From contig JBEUKZ010000096.1 in NCBI GenBank assembly GCA_048128005.1, forward strand, positions 248,001-312,000: 64,000 bases of DNA, read 5' to 3'. The DNA comes from Veleropilina oligotropha. Taxonomy: Eukaryota. Made by a program: the position numbers and the translations under genes. Below the pieces are notes generated by a model that was not told where the DNA came from, searched no databases, and saw only the letters and a program-made list of their open reading frames with translations. Shown piece after piece: positions 41,701 through 53,700 of the stretch (position 1 is the stretch's first letter; each line of letters begins with the position of its first letter).

Positions 41701-44700
41701 TGTTTCTTCGTCGATGGCAGCATGCAACCCATTTTCCATATATATGTATTATATGTCATGGAACAAATAAATCATTTTATTTAGTTAATTTACAGTATAA
41801 TTTTTTAAATTTTGATAAAACACTCTTTTAATTATGCAAGAACTTAGGCGGTGAGTTGACTTTACTTTCTGGCAGTGACTTTACCTAGGTGATGAGTTGA
41901 CCTGTTATCGTACATTTTATGTATTTTGTATCTGGGATTTAGATTCCGTGGGTATTAATCGTGCAAATAGTCATATTGTGGACAGGGTTTCGTGGACATA
42001 CATGACGTAGGTTTATAAATATATTATATACCGCATAAAGAGACTATTAATATTATGCACTCTTTTTTTCATTGAAAAGAAAAATAACCGCATTACACTT
42101 TTTGTTTATTACACAAAAAGTTAGGAATTTTCATCGCTCAACTTTCGACAGTAATTTACCACTGTTTAAATAAATCGCTAACGAAGATTTAAAATAATTA
42201 AACTCTGTCCGCGTTAAATTATCTTGCACCAAGTGACATTTCCAATTGACATAGTTGAAGCACAGTTGCGTAGGTTTCTGGTTGTCAAGTAATGACAATA
42301 ATATATATTGCCCAGTTACAATAATAATTTCAATAAGTCTTATTTGATCATATATTTAATACCAAAATGTGTATCAATCTGATCGAACCGTACGATAGAG
42401 GGTGATCAGTCGTGCTACAGTAACGCAGTCACGAAAAGAGTGCATTTACGTAACGGGCCATAGTCTCTTTAAGGTCAGTGTATAATGTAATAAGCAGCGG
42501 GCTATCTCAATACACATCTATACTAGCCAAACTCCATAATTTGCAATTTTTTACCAGCCCCGGGCGTCTGGCTAGTGGATTTGTCCAGCCCTGAGTATGG
42601 TTAGCTAACCCTATAACGGGGAAACCTTAAAATGCAAGTGCGCCCTCCCCCCTCCTTTAAATGAAGATGCTAAATTAATAATTGACTCAGCATTGTGGTC
42701 ATAAAAGTAAACTGATTCACAGCACTTCACAAATGCGACCAGTTACAGATAACTGTGATTCGTTATTGAGCAAATAATGCTGATGTCCCCACTGCGATTC
42801 GAAACCACACGACTGTCCGAGAGACATTTACTGAGTACGGGTATCAGTAATTACTGCAATTGATTTTGTTCGGATCGATGCAACTTGTTTAACGTCCTGT
42901 TTTTAACAACCCGGCCTCTGGATCATCCAAGACAAATTTGTTGGACAAAATTATCTATCAATCAATCTGTTGTAGAAAAAATGCCTGGCTACCCAGAAAA
43001 ACGTGCCCTACTAGCATGTTATGAACAACTGTGACTGTTACTGAACAGATAATGCCAAGCCGAGGATGTAATCTCGTTCCTGTTAAGCGAGTGAAATAAT
43101 TTAAAGATTTTCTGTGCCATTATCCACTAGGCTAGCGCTACCAGTGCGAGCAGTATTACTATAATAAATTAAATTTTCATTGAATGATTAATAAACACAC
43201 TTCCATAAAAACCTCTTTATTTTGTGGTATTATGATTAAATCTACAACTATCTACACATAATTATTATATATTAGCAATTCTTTAATATTCTTGGCGCGA
43301 AAGTATCTAAAAATGAGCAACCTAAATGATACTGTCAAATTCAATATACCATTTATTCATAATAACATTAAATAATTATATATATATATATATATATATA
43401 TACATACATATATTATATGTTTCAGGTCGATGCGCTTGGCAGCATATCGCTACTACTCATACTGGATTCATGGTAAATTAGGCAGACGAAACCGGAAACC
43501 AGTCCCATCATGTGTCGCCAACAAAATCAGAGAACGGTACCCAGAGGCAGATGGAAATTATGAGGGATTTCACACTGTTGGAAATATATAAATTATGATA
43601 AAGTTAAAGATGCCGATTCTGTTTCTTTACGTAATTTACATGAATAACAAATTTAAAGCAAGGAAAATAACACTGTTAATATTTGACGTACAACGTCAAA
43701 ATTAACGAAAGGCACCAGTTCAACAACTACTTAATACACCCACCAAACTGCATAATGTTATGCCGTGCAGTGTATGAGATACGCTTTGGAAAGGAGAACA
43801 TTAACAAATTTACACCAATGGCAATAACTCCGTTAATAATCGCCGCACAACCCCGAAACTAGCAAAAGGCACCAGTTCACCGACTACTTAATACACCTAG
43901 CAAGTTTCGTAAATTTCTGGCGTGTGGTCTATGAGATACGCTCCGGAAAAGATAACAATAACGAATTAACAACAAGGGCAATAACTCTGTCTATGATCGA
44001 CACACAACGTCAAAACTAGCAAAAAACACCAGTTCATCGACTACATAATATATATCCAGCAAGTTTCGTAAAGTTATGTCGAGCGGTGTATGAGCTACGC
44101 TCCGGAAAAGATCACATTAACGAATTTAAAACAAAGGCAATAACTCTGTTAATAATAGTGACACGACGTCGAAACTATCAAAAGGCACCAGTTCACCAAG
44201 TACTTAATACACCCAGGAAGTTTCAAAAAGTTATGTCAAGCGGGCTGCGGTGTACGAGATATGCTCCGAAAAAGATAATTTGCACGGACGGACGGTCTGC
44301 ATTTTAATATAATGAGGTATTGTTACAGGTATACCTATGAATTACTTGTTATAAAATAAATTGTTTATCACATTGATTTGCCTTCACAAAGTTTTGTATT
44401 GTTCCTTCCATTCATTGTAATATATATATTGAGGTATGTTCATATTATTGTGGAAGGAAAGCAGAGTATATCTAGTGAAACTCTGAAATCCAGGAGTCAA
44501 ATGTTAAATTGTATCTCTCTTTATATATTTGTGATAGCATTGCATGGTATTTATTAACATCACAAATGTGGTTCCCTTGGTTTAACATTCAGGGCTCTAT
44601 GTAGCATTTTAAATCCAGGAGCCCATGGTGCTTCAAGCATTTCAAATCTAGGAGCCCACACTAATTTTCAGGAACCCTTCTAATATTATGTTTGATTTCT

Positions 44701-47700
44701 GCGAGAGTGTTATTTCAACAACATCCATTTTATCTCCCATAAAAGATTCGGTCCGACTCGCTATAATGATTTCGCGTAATGTCTCCTTTAAAGTACTTGC
44801 TCAGTTATAGTAATAATTATACACTTCCTTCTTGACACAGTGAAATGCTGAAAATTTGTAATAATAAGAGAATTTCATGTTTACTGCATATATATAGATT
44901 CATATTCTAAATCTTATACAATGCTTACACATTTCTAGGAGCCAAGCAGGACTACCACACAATAGAATCTATGAGCCTGGGGCTCCAGGATTACCATATA
45001 AATCGAGCCCTGACTTTTTAATCCAATCAGATGGTTTGTCTACAAAGTACAATTGTATAATACATGACCAGTGTCTGGAATGGTCACCTATCGAAAAGCA
45101 GATAAAGATACATGCTGTATAGCCTAAGTGACGTCATTGTTTTTGTCATTATCATTCAAGCCGATTATTTTAACTCACTCCTGTGATTCAGAGCAGTCAT
45201 GCTAGCCACGCTCTGTCAAATCGATAAGTAGATAACACAAACTTGATGGTATGTCACTGGAATGAATATGATCATGTGGTCACATATATACTGATTTACA
45301 ATGTAATTACATGTATATATTATATAGATTCCACTTTCAAAGCTGTACTAATGAATTAACAAAAACTTAGTACACGTAGTAGTAATAATCATAGTTTTAA
45401 AATTATCAGAAGTGCTATACAAGTTGGGTAATAAAATTAAACCATTTATCCATATCCATAATTTTATACTTTAATAAACACATTATCGTAACATGATCAT
45501 CTGAATCCAGTCTGCAATAAAATGTAAGTTGATAGTGGGGTATACTAGAAAAATAATACTAAATAGTATGAATATAATTAACATAAGTGTTTATAAATAA
45601 TAGCTACAGTCCATAAATGCAATACGACGTAACCGCAGGTCCATGATGGTAGAGTAACAGCTAAATGTAATACTTAACTGCAGGTTCATGATATAATAAA
45701 TGTATGAAAAGTCAATCGCATCGTGCATCACCAACTACTGATACATTATTCGGCGGACCACAAACAGCCATTACAGCCTCTGATAATTTGGTGAATTCCT
45801 CATGGATGTTTGGAAACAGATATCGATTCTGTAATGAATAAAAGGTTGTTTTGCAGAATAACGGTAATGATAAAATATCACAAAACTCCTCAATACGCTT
45901 AAAAGTGAGACCAGTTAGTAGGATAGCACATGCCATCAATAAATTTCCAGCAGCCATACCAGACAACATAGGTTGAGAGTACCACCAAGCATCATGGCCG
46001 CCCTCACATTGGTACAAAACCTTCAACAAAGTGCCAGTATCCTCGGAAATAAATTTAAGATTCTTTATGATGTTGCCACATATTTGACACCGAGAAAAGA
46101 GCTTCTTCAAGGTTTCCTCATATATGAGGTAAGTTCTCTTGCGGGAAGAAAATTGATATTCATTCGAAGGTCGAGCGGACGTCAATATCTCATCATCCAT
46201 CCAAGCATCAGAGTTATCTGAAGGATGGTAGTCTGAATCAGAGTCTCTGTCACTTGTCGTTTCTGATAGATCATCATCATCAGATTCATTCAATACTTTG
46301 TCCACAAGACGGCTATGTGGTATATTTGATTCAGGCATGGCATCTGCATAATTATGATCAGAAAAAGAAGGGTTGCAGCTGCTGTGAGCAATGGGAGTAC
46401 ATGTTGTTGAGACATCTGTCATGTGACAAGCCACTTGGACAGATTTATTCACCACTGGACTTTTGCACATGACACCTTTGTTGTTTGTACTTGGACAAAC
46501 CTGAATGGCTTTAGAAGCAGATGGCCAACAAGTTTGTGTAGCGGCTGTTTTGCTAGTTGGAGTGGTACACCTCCGACACATACAGCGACAGCAGCATACA
46601 TCTTCCAGGTAGGATGCATTCTGAAAATACATTATTTGATAATAATAAAAACAATTTAACATGAGAGTGTCAGCAGCGCACACATTGGTTTACAGGTGGG
46701 TAAAAATACCGGGTACCCGCAAATTAACTCTTTCAGCGCCAAGTTTCGGACGATTTATACCTCTTGTTCGCAACACCACACCATTCTATTTGCAAATGGC
46801 ATGTACAATTGACTAAACAATATGAAACATATAAGTGCTAGAGATATTGTGAATCTTCTGCAGCAAAAGCATATTGTCACTATGCGAAACCAAAGTGCTG
46901 AAGAGTAACGATAGCAAGAAAAGTGAACAGAAGAAGGATGATATTCAACCAATATCTGTAACGGCTTATTTGAAAATCACAACTCATTTACAAATTAACC
47001 AGAGATTGCACCCATTACAACAGTGGAGGTCCTGCGTCAATATGCCGTTACAATTCAGGAGCAGTAGTGATAACAAGTCACGTTTTTTTAAAAATGTAAC
47101 CGCAATATATCCATAATGGCATTCATGCAGTAGTTTGAATTGATATGTTCAAACCTGAACATATCCATAATATTGATGCAGAAAAGCCTGGTCGCCCGAG
47201 AAAACCTGTCCTCTCCGGCCAGTTATGGGCAACTCTGATGATAACTGAACAAAGAATGCCATTAATACCCCAACCAAGATTCGAACGCACTCCTGTTAGA
47301 CATTCAAAGCAGTGATTTCAGAGTCTGCACTCGAGACCACACAGCTTCCGGAGCCGTCTCGTAGTAGCAAAGTAAAACGATCTTAACTTACGGACTGAAG
47401 TGTGTAATAAATGAGATAATAATCTGGACATGTCTTAAATCAACCACACTGACAGGCTGGTGACAGCACAAATGAATTTGAGCAACGTTGTTACCCATTG
47501 TGCCATGGAATTGGTCAATATTACGTGTGTATGTGTGTTGAAAATCCGTTAGGTAATGTATCTAGGTAAACCATCTCGGAACACCGGCAAGCAACATGCA
47601 ACCGTAATGACGAGGTGCCAGTAAATGAAAAAAAAACATGCATTGCTAACATGAATGATTTTTATTCTACTTCACTTCGGTTGGTACATTTTGCTTAAAT

Positions 47701-50700
47701 GGCATTATGAAAATAATCATTATTTTCATAATGCCATTTTATTAATGAATGTTGAGTTTTTAACATATAATCATGGAAAAGTCACGACCTTGTATGGTAA
47801 TAAAATTGTGATCTATTTTTTAAAAATAAAAGTGTTACCTAAAATTGTTAAACATTAATATATTTGAAATAACTTTTACCTATAATTATCATTTTGAACT
47901 TTCTTTCAGAATATATAAACTTTTGTAAACACAAAATGATTAATTTATTTCAAAAGAATGAATTAAATGCACCATCCTGATACGATGTATAACATCTATC
48001 ATTCGAAATTTAAAAAGACAAGGAAAAAATGCTCATTTCCAAACAATGACGAACAGATTGACATCAATCAAAGATAATCACATTTTAATGTTGTTTTTAA
48101 CGACCCGTTAGTATCATACCGGCCATAACATGTCCATATTATCGCGGGAGGACAGTTCGCTCACCAACATATTCGGACAAGTGTCCGACGGACAAGTAGA
48201 CCAAAATCCTTAATGTCAAGGCCTGATATAGTATAAAATGCCTACCAGATCATCTGGGTAAGAGCCATCTTCTGTCGAAATTTCAACGGCTGCAATATCT
48301 TCAACTGAGTCTGAAAGTAGCACATCATAACATGTACACACTCTTCATGATTGTAGAAAAAATATCATTGAAATAAATGCATAGTGCCCTTATTTATCCT
48401 TTGTTTGGCAAATCATTTAACCAGTGTAAACAATTGGTAGGGTACTTGACATTATTCTATATTTATGACACTAAATCTGTTGTTTTTAATAGATATTTAA
48501 TTGCTCTCTCTTATCCTGAAAAAGCAATTGAAATACTGTTCGAATGAATACCTTTTTAAAATTTAAATGCTTCATGCTTTAAATAGACTATTGCCCGTAA
48601 ATGCACTCTTTCACGCGAGTTGCCTGTGGCACGAGTTTCCTGCCACTATCTATTGATCGGTTCGGGCAGATTGATACACATTTCGCGAAGGTATGATCGA
48701 TATATCATCAAATGATAGACATTTTTTGAAATTATTTATTGTAACTGAGCAATATATTATATAGAGGGTATTTGATGGTATGTCATAAATATTAAATATA
48801 TTTTGTCGATTGAAATATATCCTAGCGGAAAACTATCCTACTTGACGAGCAGAAACCAACTGTGCTCCAACTAGGCCAAAGGAAAATTTATCGGTGCGAG
48901 GTAATTAAACGTGGACCGCGTTTTATTATTTTTAAATATTAAGCTGCGATTAATTTAAACGGTAGAAAATTACTGACGAAAGTTGAGTGTTGAAAATTCC
49001 TAACTTTTTACGTTATAAACAAAAACAAAAAGTGTAATGCTATTAGTTTTCTTTTTAAAAAAGAAAGAGTGCATTTACGGGCAATAGTCTCTGGGACCGC
49101 TCCAGAGCGACATTTTTTTACACATACTGATAGAAACTAATACGACCGTTTCTGCTAGATGCGAGCAGACGCAACACTTTGATATGAATGTGGGAGCTAT
49201 ATTTTTCCAAGATGATGTTTTGTGCGTCCACGAGTTAATCAGATCACAGTCGATGACGACGCAAATATATGACACCACGTCATAGAAAATAGTCGTCTAA
49301 ATTTTGTTTATTTTATATTAATAATATAACTTAGTTATACAAATTTTAAATACATCAGCTCCTAAGGGCCTTGTTAGTGTTATATGCACAAATTGCAAAA
49401 TAAAGTCGGAAGGATCGCGCCCATAATTATTTTTAGGAAGTCTCATTTTATAAGTTATGATGAAAATTGTGCATGAAGAACATCCATTTACAGCCTAAGG
49501 AAGTTTCACATTATTTGATATTAAAAAAATTGTGTACAGGGCCCACCCCACGTACACCGTTGATAGTAAACTCACTAAAAAATTGAGCTTTCTCTTAATC
49601 ATAATACTGAACAAGCACACCCTGACATGATCTGCATATACTTGCAGGCATTTAATGCATAGAAAAATGAGCCAGTAGATTTGAAATCACTGATAATTTA
49701 TTATATATATACCGGTATAAATATTCGCTATAGCTACCTTTCAAAATGTTCTGTGCAAACTCGCAAGATGTCTCGCTTTCAACATATGATTGCCGCAATG
49801 CATTCAATGTCTGTAAAAGGAAAAGATACACAAGTATGAAACATGGTTATTATCATTAGACATCAAAAACAGTGCATGATTTATTATAAAGAATATATAA
49901 ACTTTTTAAAAAGTGAACACTACTTCCCGTTTGCAAGAAATTTCATAAGACATAATATACATTTGTTTTTTAATCGAGAACTAGTGAAGGGAGATAATAT
50001 ATCCGTGATAAACAGGACATCATTCTTAGGTTGACCCGGAGTCACTAGTTTTCATTTTTATTAATCAGTTATTCCATTGCGTTGTTGGTCTCGTTTCCAT
50101 GTTAGTTGTATCGTATCGGCGTATAAAACTCTGGCGAAAAACATCGGCTGCTATCGAATTTTGTGCTGCAGACGAATTTGTGTCCAGTAATTCACATATA
50201 TATATATATTAATAACAAATAAAATGTAAAATATATGCAAAGATAAGCTTATTTGAAGATATATCATACATTTAACCAATTACAAAACTAATCAAATAAG
50301 CGATAGCAAATACATTGAGATAGACATGTTACCTCCGTCTTCTGTCGCTTCCGACTTCTTTCTAGACTGCATTGTCGCTCCCTTGGGTAATTTACATGGG
50401 CAAATATTGTAGGAGCTGCATCTTCGGATAACGTTGTCCTTTTTCGTTTGTAAAGGTCAGGCGCAAGTAAATATTTCGAGTCTACGTGGAGGAACTTTTC
50501 TTCAAAATGTATTTGACAAATCCGGGCGCTTTTCGCAGGACGGTGCAACAACCGAAGTTTTCCCAGCCAAACCTTCAATTGTTGTTTGTTATTCCATGGT
50601 AAATTGAAAAACGATATATCGGGCGTCGATTTCTCGGTGTTGGTACACCCGGGTGCACAACAAGTCGGCATTTTAAAAGCGCTGGATATGTAAAACGCCA

Positions 50701-53700
50701 GTCCCCAGGCGACTTGCTCCCGCCATGTTGTCCACAGTAAGCACCGATGACGAAAGTTTGTGACGTCAGTGAAAGGTCAAGGTTAGTCAGTGGAGGAACG
50801 TTGCGACCGGTTGAAAAATAGCGTAAAATTTACCAAATTGGAAAATGTTGTAATTTTCGCCGGAAAATAGAATACAAATAGAATTTAAAGCAGGAACTAT
50901 AAGATAATGATATTTTTTGTTAAATTACATGGTCTTAGTGCCACATTATAAAATGATGAACCACTCCTTTAAGCAATAGTATATTTTCAAACTTTAATAT
51001 ATGCAAGTTACATGAAGAATCAAGAGCAAAGACTAGTTTCAACATTACATACTAGCATACAACAGCTAGATGAAGTTTCGAGTAACTGGTCAACTACCAC
51101 AATTAGAGTTATCACAGGAGTGATCATATGCCCCCACAAAAGCATTTAACCCACTTTTGGTACCCGACACAGCTTTGGGTTATAATGCATATATACACAT
51201 CAATTTGAGAGTCCCTCGATCAAATAGTACGAGAAATGGAGTGGAATTTTTGACAGAATGCTGTAAAGCATGAAAAGTTGGTCTCAGAGACCTATTTTCG
51301 GTACGTGACACACCTTTGTGTTATGACGCACCTACACATCAAGTTTTGTGTCCCTTGGTCATATAATATGGGAGATATAGAGCGGAAGGGAATTTTGGAC
51401 CAAATGCGGTAAAGTCCGAAAAGTAGGTCATTTCGGTACGTGACACACCTTTGGTTTATGACACGTACGTTTCGTGTCTCTCAGTCAAATTGTATGTGAG
51501 ATATGGAGCGGAAGGGAAATTTGGACGAAGTGCGGTCTAGGGTGAAAATTAGGCTGCGGTGACCTACTGTCAGTATGCCACACACCTTTGGGTTATGATG
51601 CATGCACACATCAAGTTTCGTGTTCCTAGGCAAAATAGTATCATAAATATGGAGCGGAATTTGCATCAACCGACCAACCAACAGACAAGCTGACTCCTAT
51701 ATGCTCCCACCTAACTTCCTTTGTGGGGGCATAAAAATGAATCTGAATTGCTACATTGGTTGAGCCTACCTGACACGTGACAATAGGCGACAAGCTGTCC
51801 ATTTCGTCCACCATGACCAGGTTTTTGAGGGGTCGTGGGGAGAAGAAGAATGTGTCCCCTTCCTCTAGCGGCATGGCACTGCTGAACTCCGGTTCAGAGT
51901 CATCGTCGCCGAGATGGGCAATCTGGTAGAGGCAACTACGGAGAAAAACGTAATATATGAAGCAAATTGCTCACAAAAGATATGTGAATGCGGCAGCGTT
52001 ATTGAGAGAAAAGAACATTAGCCCAAACTATTGTCAGGGAGATAGATAAAAGGTCAACTCAATGTCGGTCATCTTTGGTCGATCAGGGGTTTTAACTTGG
52101 GGATCCATCGAGATCAAGATGCTCTGAAAAGCATATGTAAATTTGATTTCCCCCGGTAGAAGTCAACTGATCTTGAAATAGCCAACTATGCTATTACAAA
52201 ATTATCCAAAATGAGAGAATCCTCAAAGTTTATATTTATGTTACGTTTTGGTGCATCTTATGACATCTTACACAGAAATCAACAAATGTTGTACACTCAG
52301 CAAAAAGTATATTTAAAAAGATACATAAACATGATTTCTATGTATTAAGCACTTATTTAAAATTTAGCACAAAAAAAACAAACTCCAATTTAATAACAAA
52401 ACCTTCTGAAAATTTGTCTTAGGTCTATATCACGTTTATAGAGAAGGTGGACTACGTTGTAAAATCAGCAAAGGTTGTCACTATCGCTGACAAAATATGG
52501 TCTGAGGCTACTTACTGATTGCCAAACTCGGCCGCCACGAACAAGAAGCCTGTTTTGAGTACACACATGCTCGCCGCTACCGGTAGCGTGTCGAAGTACT
52601 TGAGCCGAATTTCTGTCACCTGAAATATGATGGATTTAGAGCTATTTAAAGAGAATGTACAAAAACACAATCATGAATAATTTATACCAATTTATACTAG
52701 AATTTAATTACTGAACATTCATGACTAATATATTTATTTCACCAACTTTCATTGTGGTTTCCATAAGATGACAAGAGCTAAAGCTCGAAATGGCTCGCAT
52801 GCGCGGAAATGCGCATCAATCACTTATATTCCATAAGTATTAAGAGCAAAATTTTCTAATTTCTTAAAGTCCAAGAGTGGTAATTTATAGGTAAATTTTA
52901 ATTAAATGAAATTAAACTAGAGTTATCACAGCAGTGATCATATGCGTGACAAGTAGGTCGCAGTGACCTACTTTCTGCATGCGACACCTTTGTGTTATGA
53001 TGCGTCCACACAGCAAATTTCGTGTCCCTGGGTCAAATAGTATAGGAGATATGGTGGAGCGAAGGGAATTTTGGACCAAATGCGGTCAAGCGTGAAAAGT
53101 AGGTCAGTGACCTATTTTCAGAACGAGACACACCTTTCGGTTATGACGAATAGACACATCAAGTTTCGTGTTCCTCGATCAAATAATATTGGAGATATTG
53201 AGCGGAAGCGAATTTTGGACCAAGTGCGGTCAAGTGTGAAAAGTAGGTCGCAGTGACCTACTTTCGGTACGAGACAGACCTGTGGGTTATGATTCAAGCA
53301 CACATTAAGTTTCTTGTCCCTAGGCGAAATGGTATCGGAGATATGGAGTGGAAGGGAATTTTGGACCAAGTGCGGTCAAGTGTGAAAAGTAGGTCGCAGT
53401 GACCTACTTTTGGTACACGACACCTTTGGATTATGATGCAAGCACACATCAAGTTTCGTGTCCCTAGGCGAAATAGTATCGGAGATATGGAGCGGAAGTG
53501 AATTTGCAACAGACGGACAGACAAGCAGACTCCTATATTGTTGCTTATATAGCATGATTGAGAAACTTTAACCAAAAACTCTAACAGGAGAACCAATTGT
53601 TGACGCCGGCGGCAGGACGAACGGCCAGACGACATGCTCATTACATAGTCGCATTTGCGCTGCATGCGAGCCAATAAATGATATGTACATCATTGAAACC

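Larger units (their letters stand above)
45712..50671 (-). pseudogene. Kolobok THAP-domain transposase, 3'-truncated; exons 50333-50671, 49738-49810, 48246-48310, 45712-46620 (461 aa)
   Basis: [13 protein letters not shown]...FF.LP...W...ICQIHF...AAPTIF; Cxx[22 protein letters not shown]; stops at GDARCD. Small exons are phase-compatible (0/1/0). Confidence 0.78.
40131..50968 (-). mobile_element. Kolobok DNA transposon (10.8 kb)
   Basis: TTAA TSD, TIR AGGAATGGTTCA vs AGGAGTGGTTCA (11/12), convergent THAP-transposase and Cys-rich accessory gene. Confidence 0.85.

Noticed and set aside
50288..50671. Stand-alone host THAP gene
   Set aside because: Splices in phase to Kolobok transposase exons and lies ~300 bp from the TIR.
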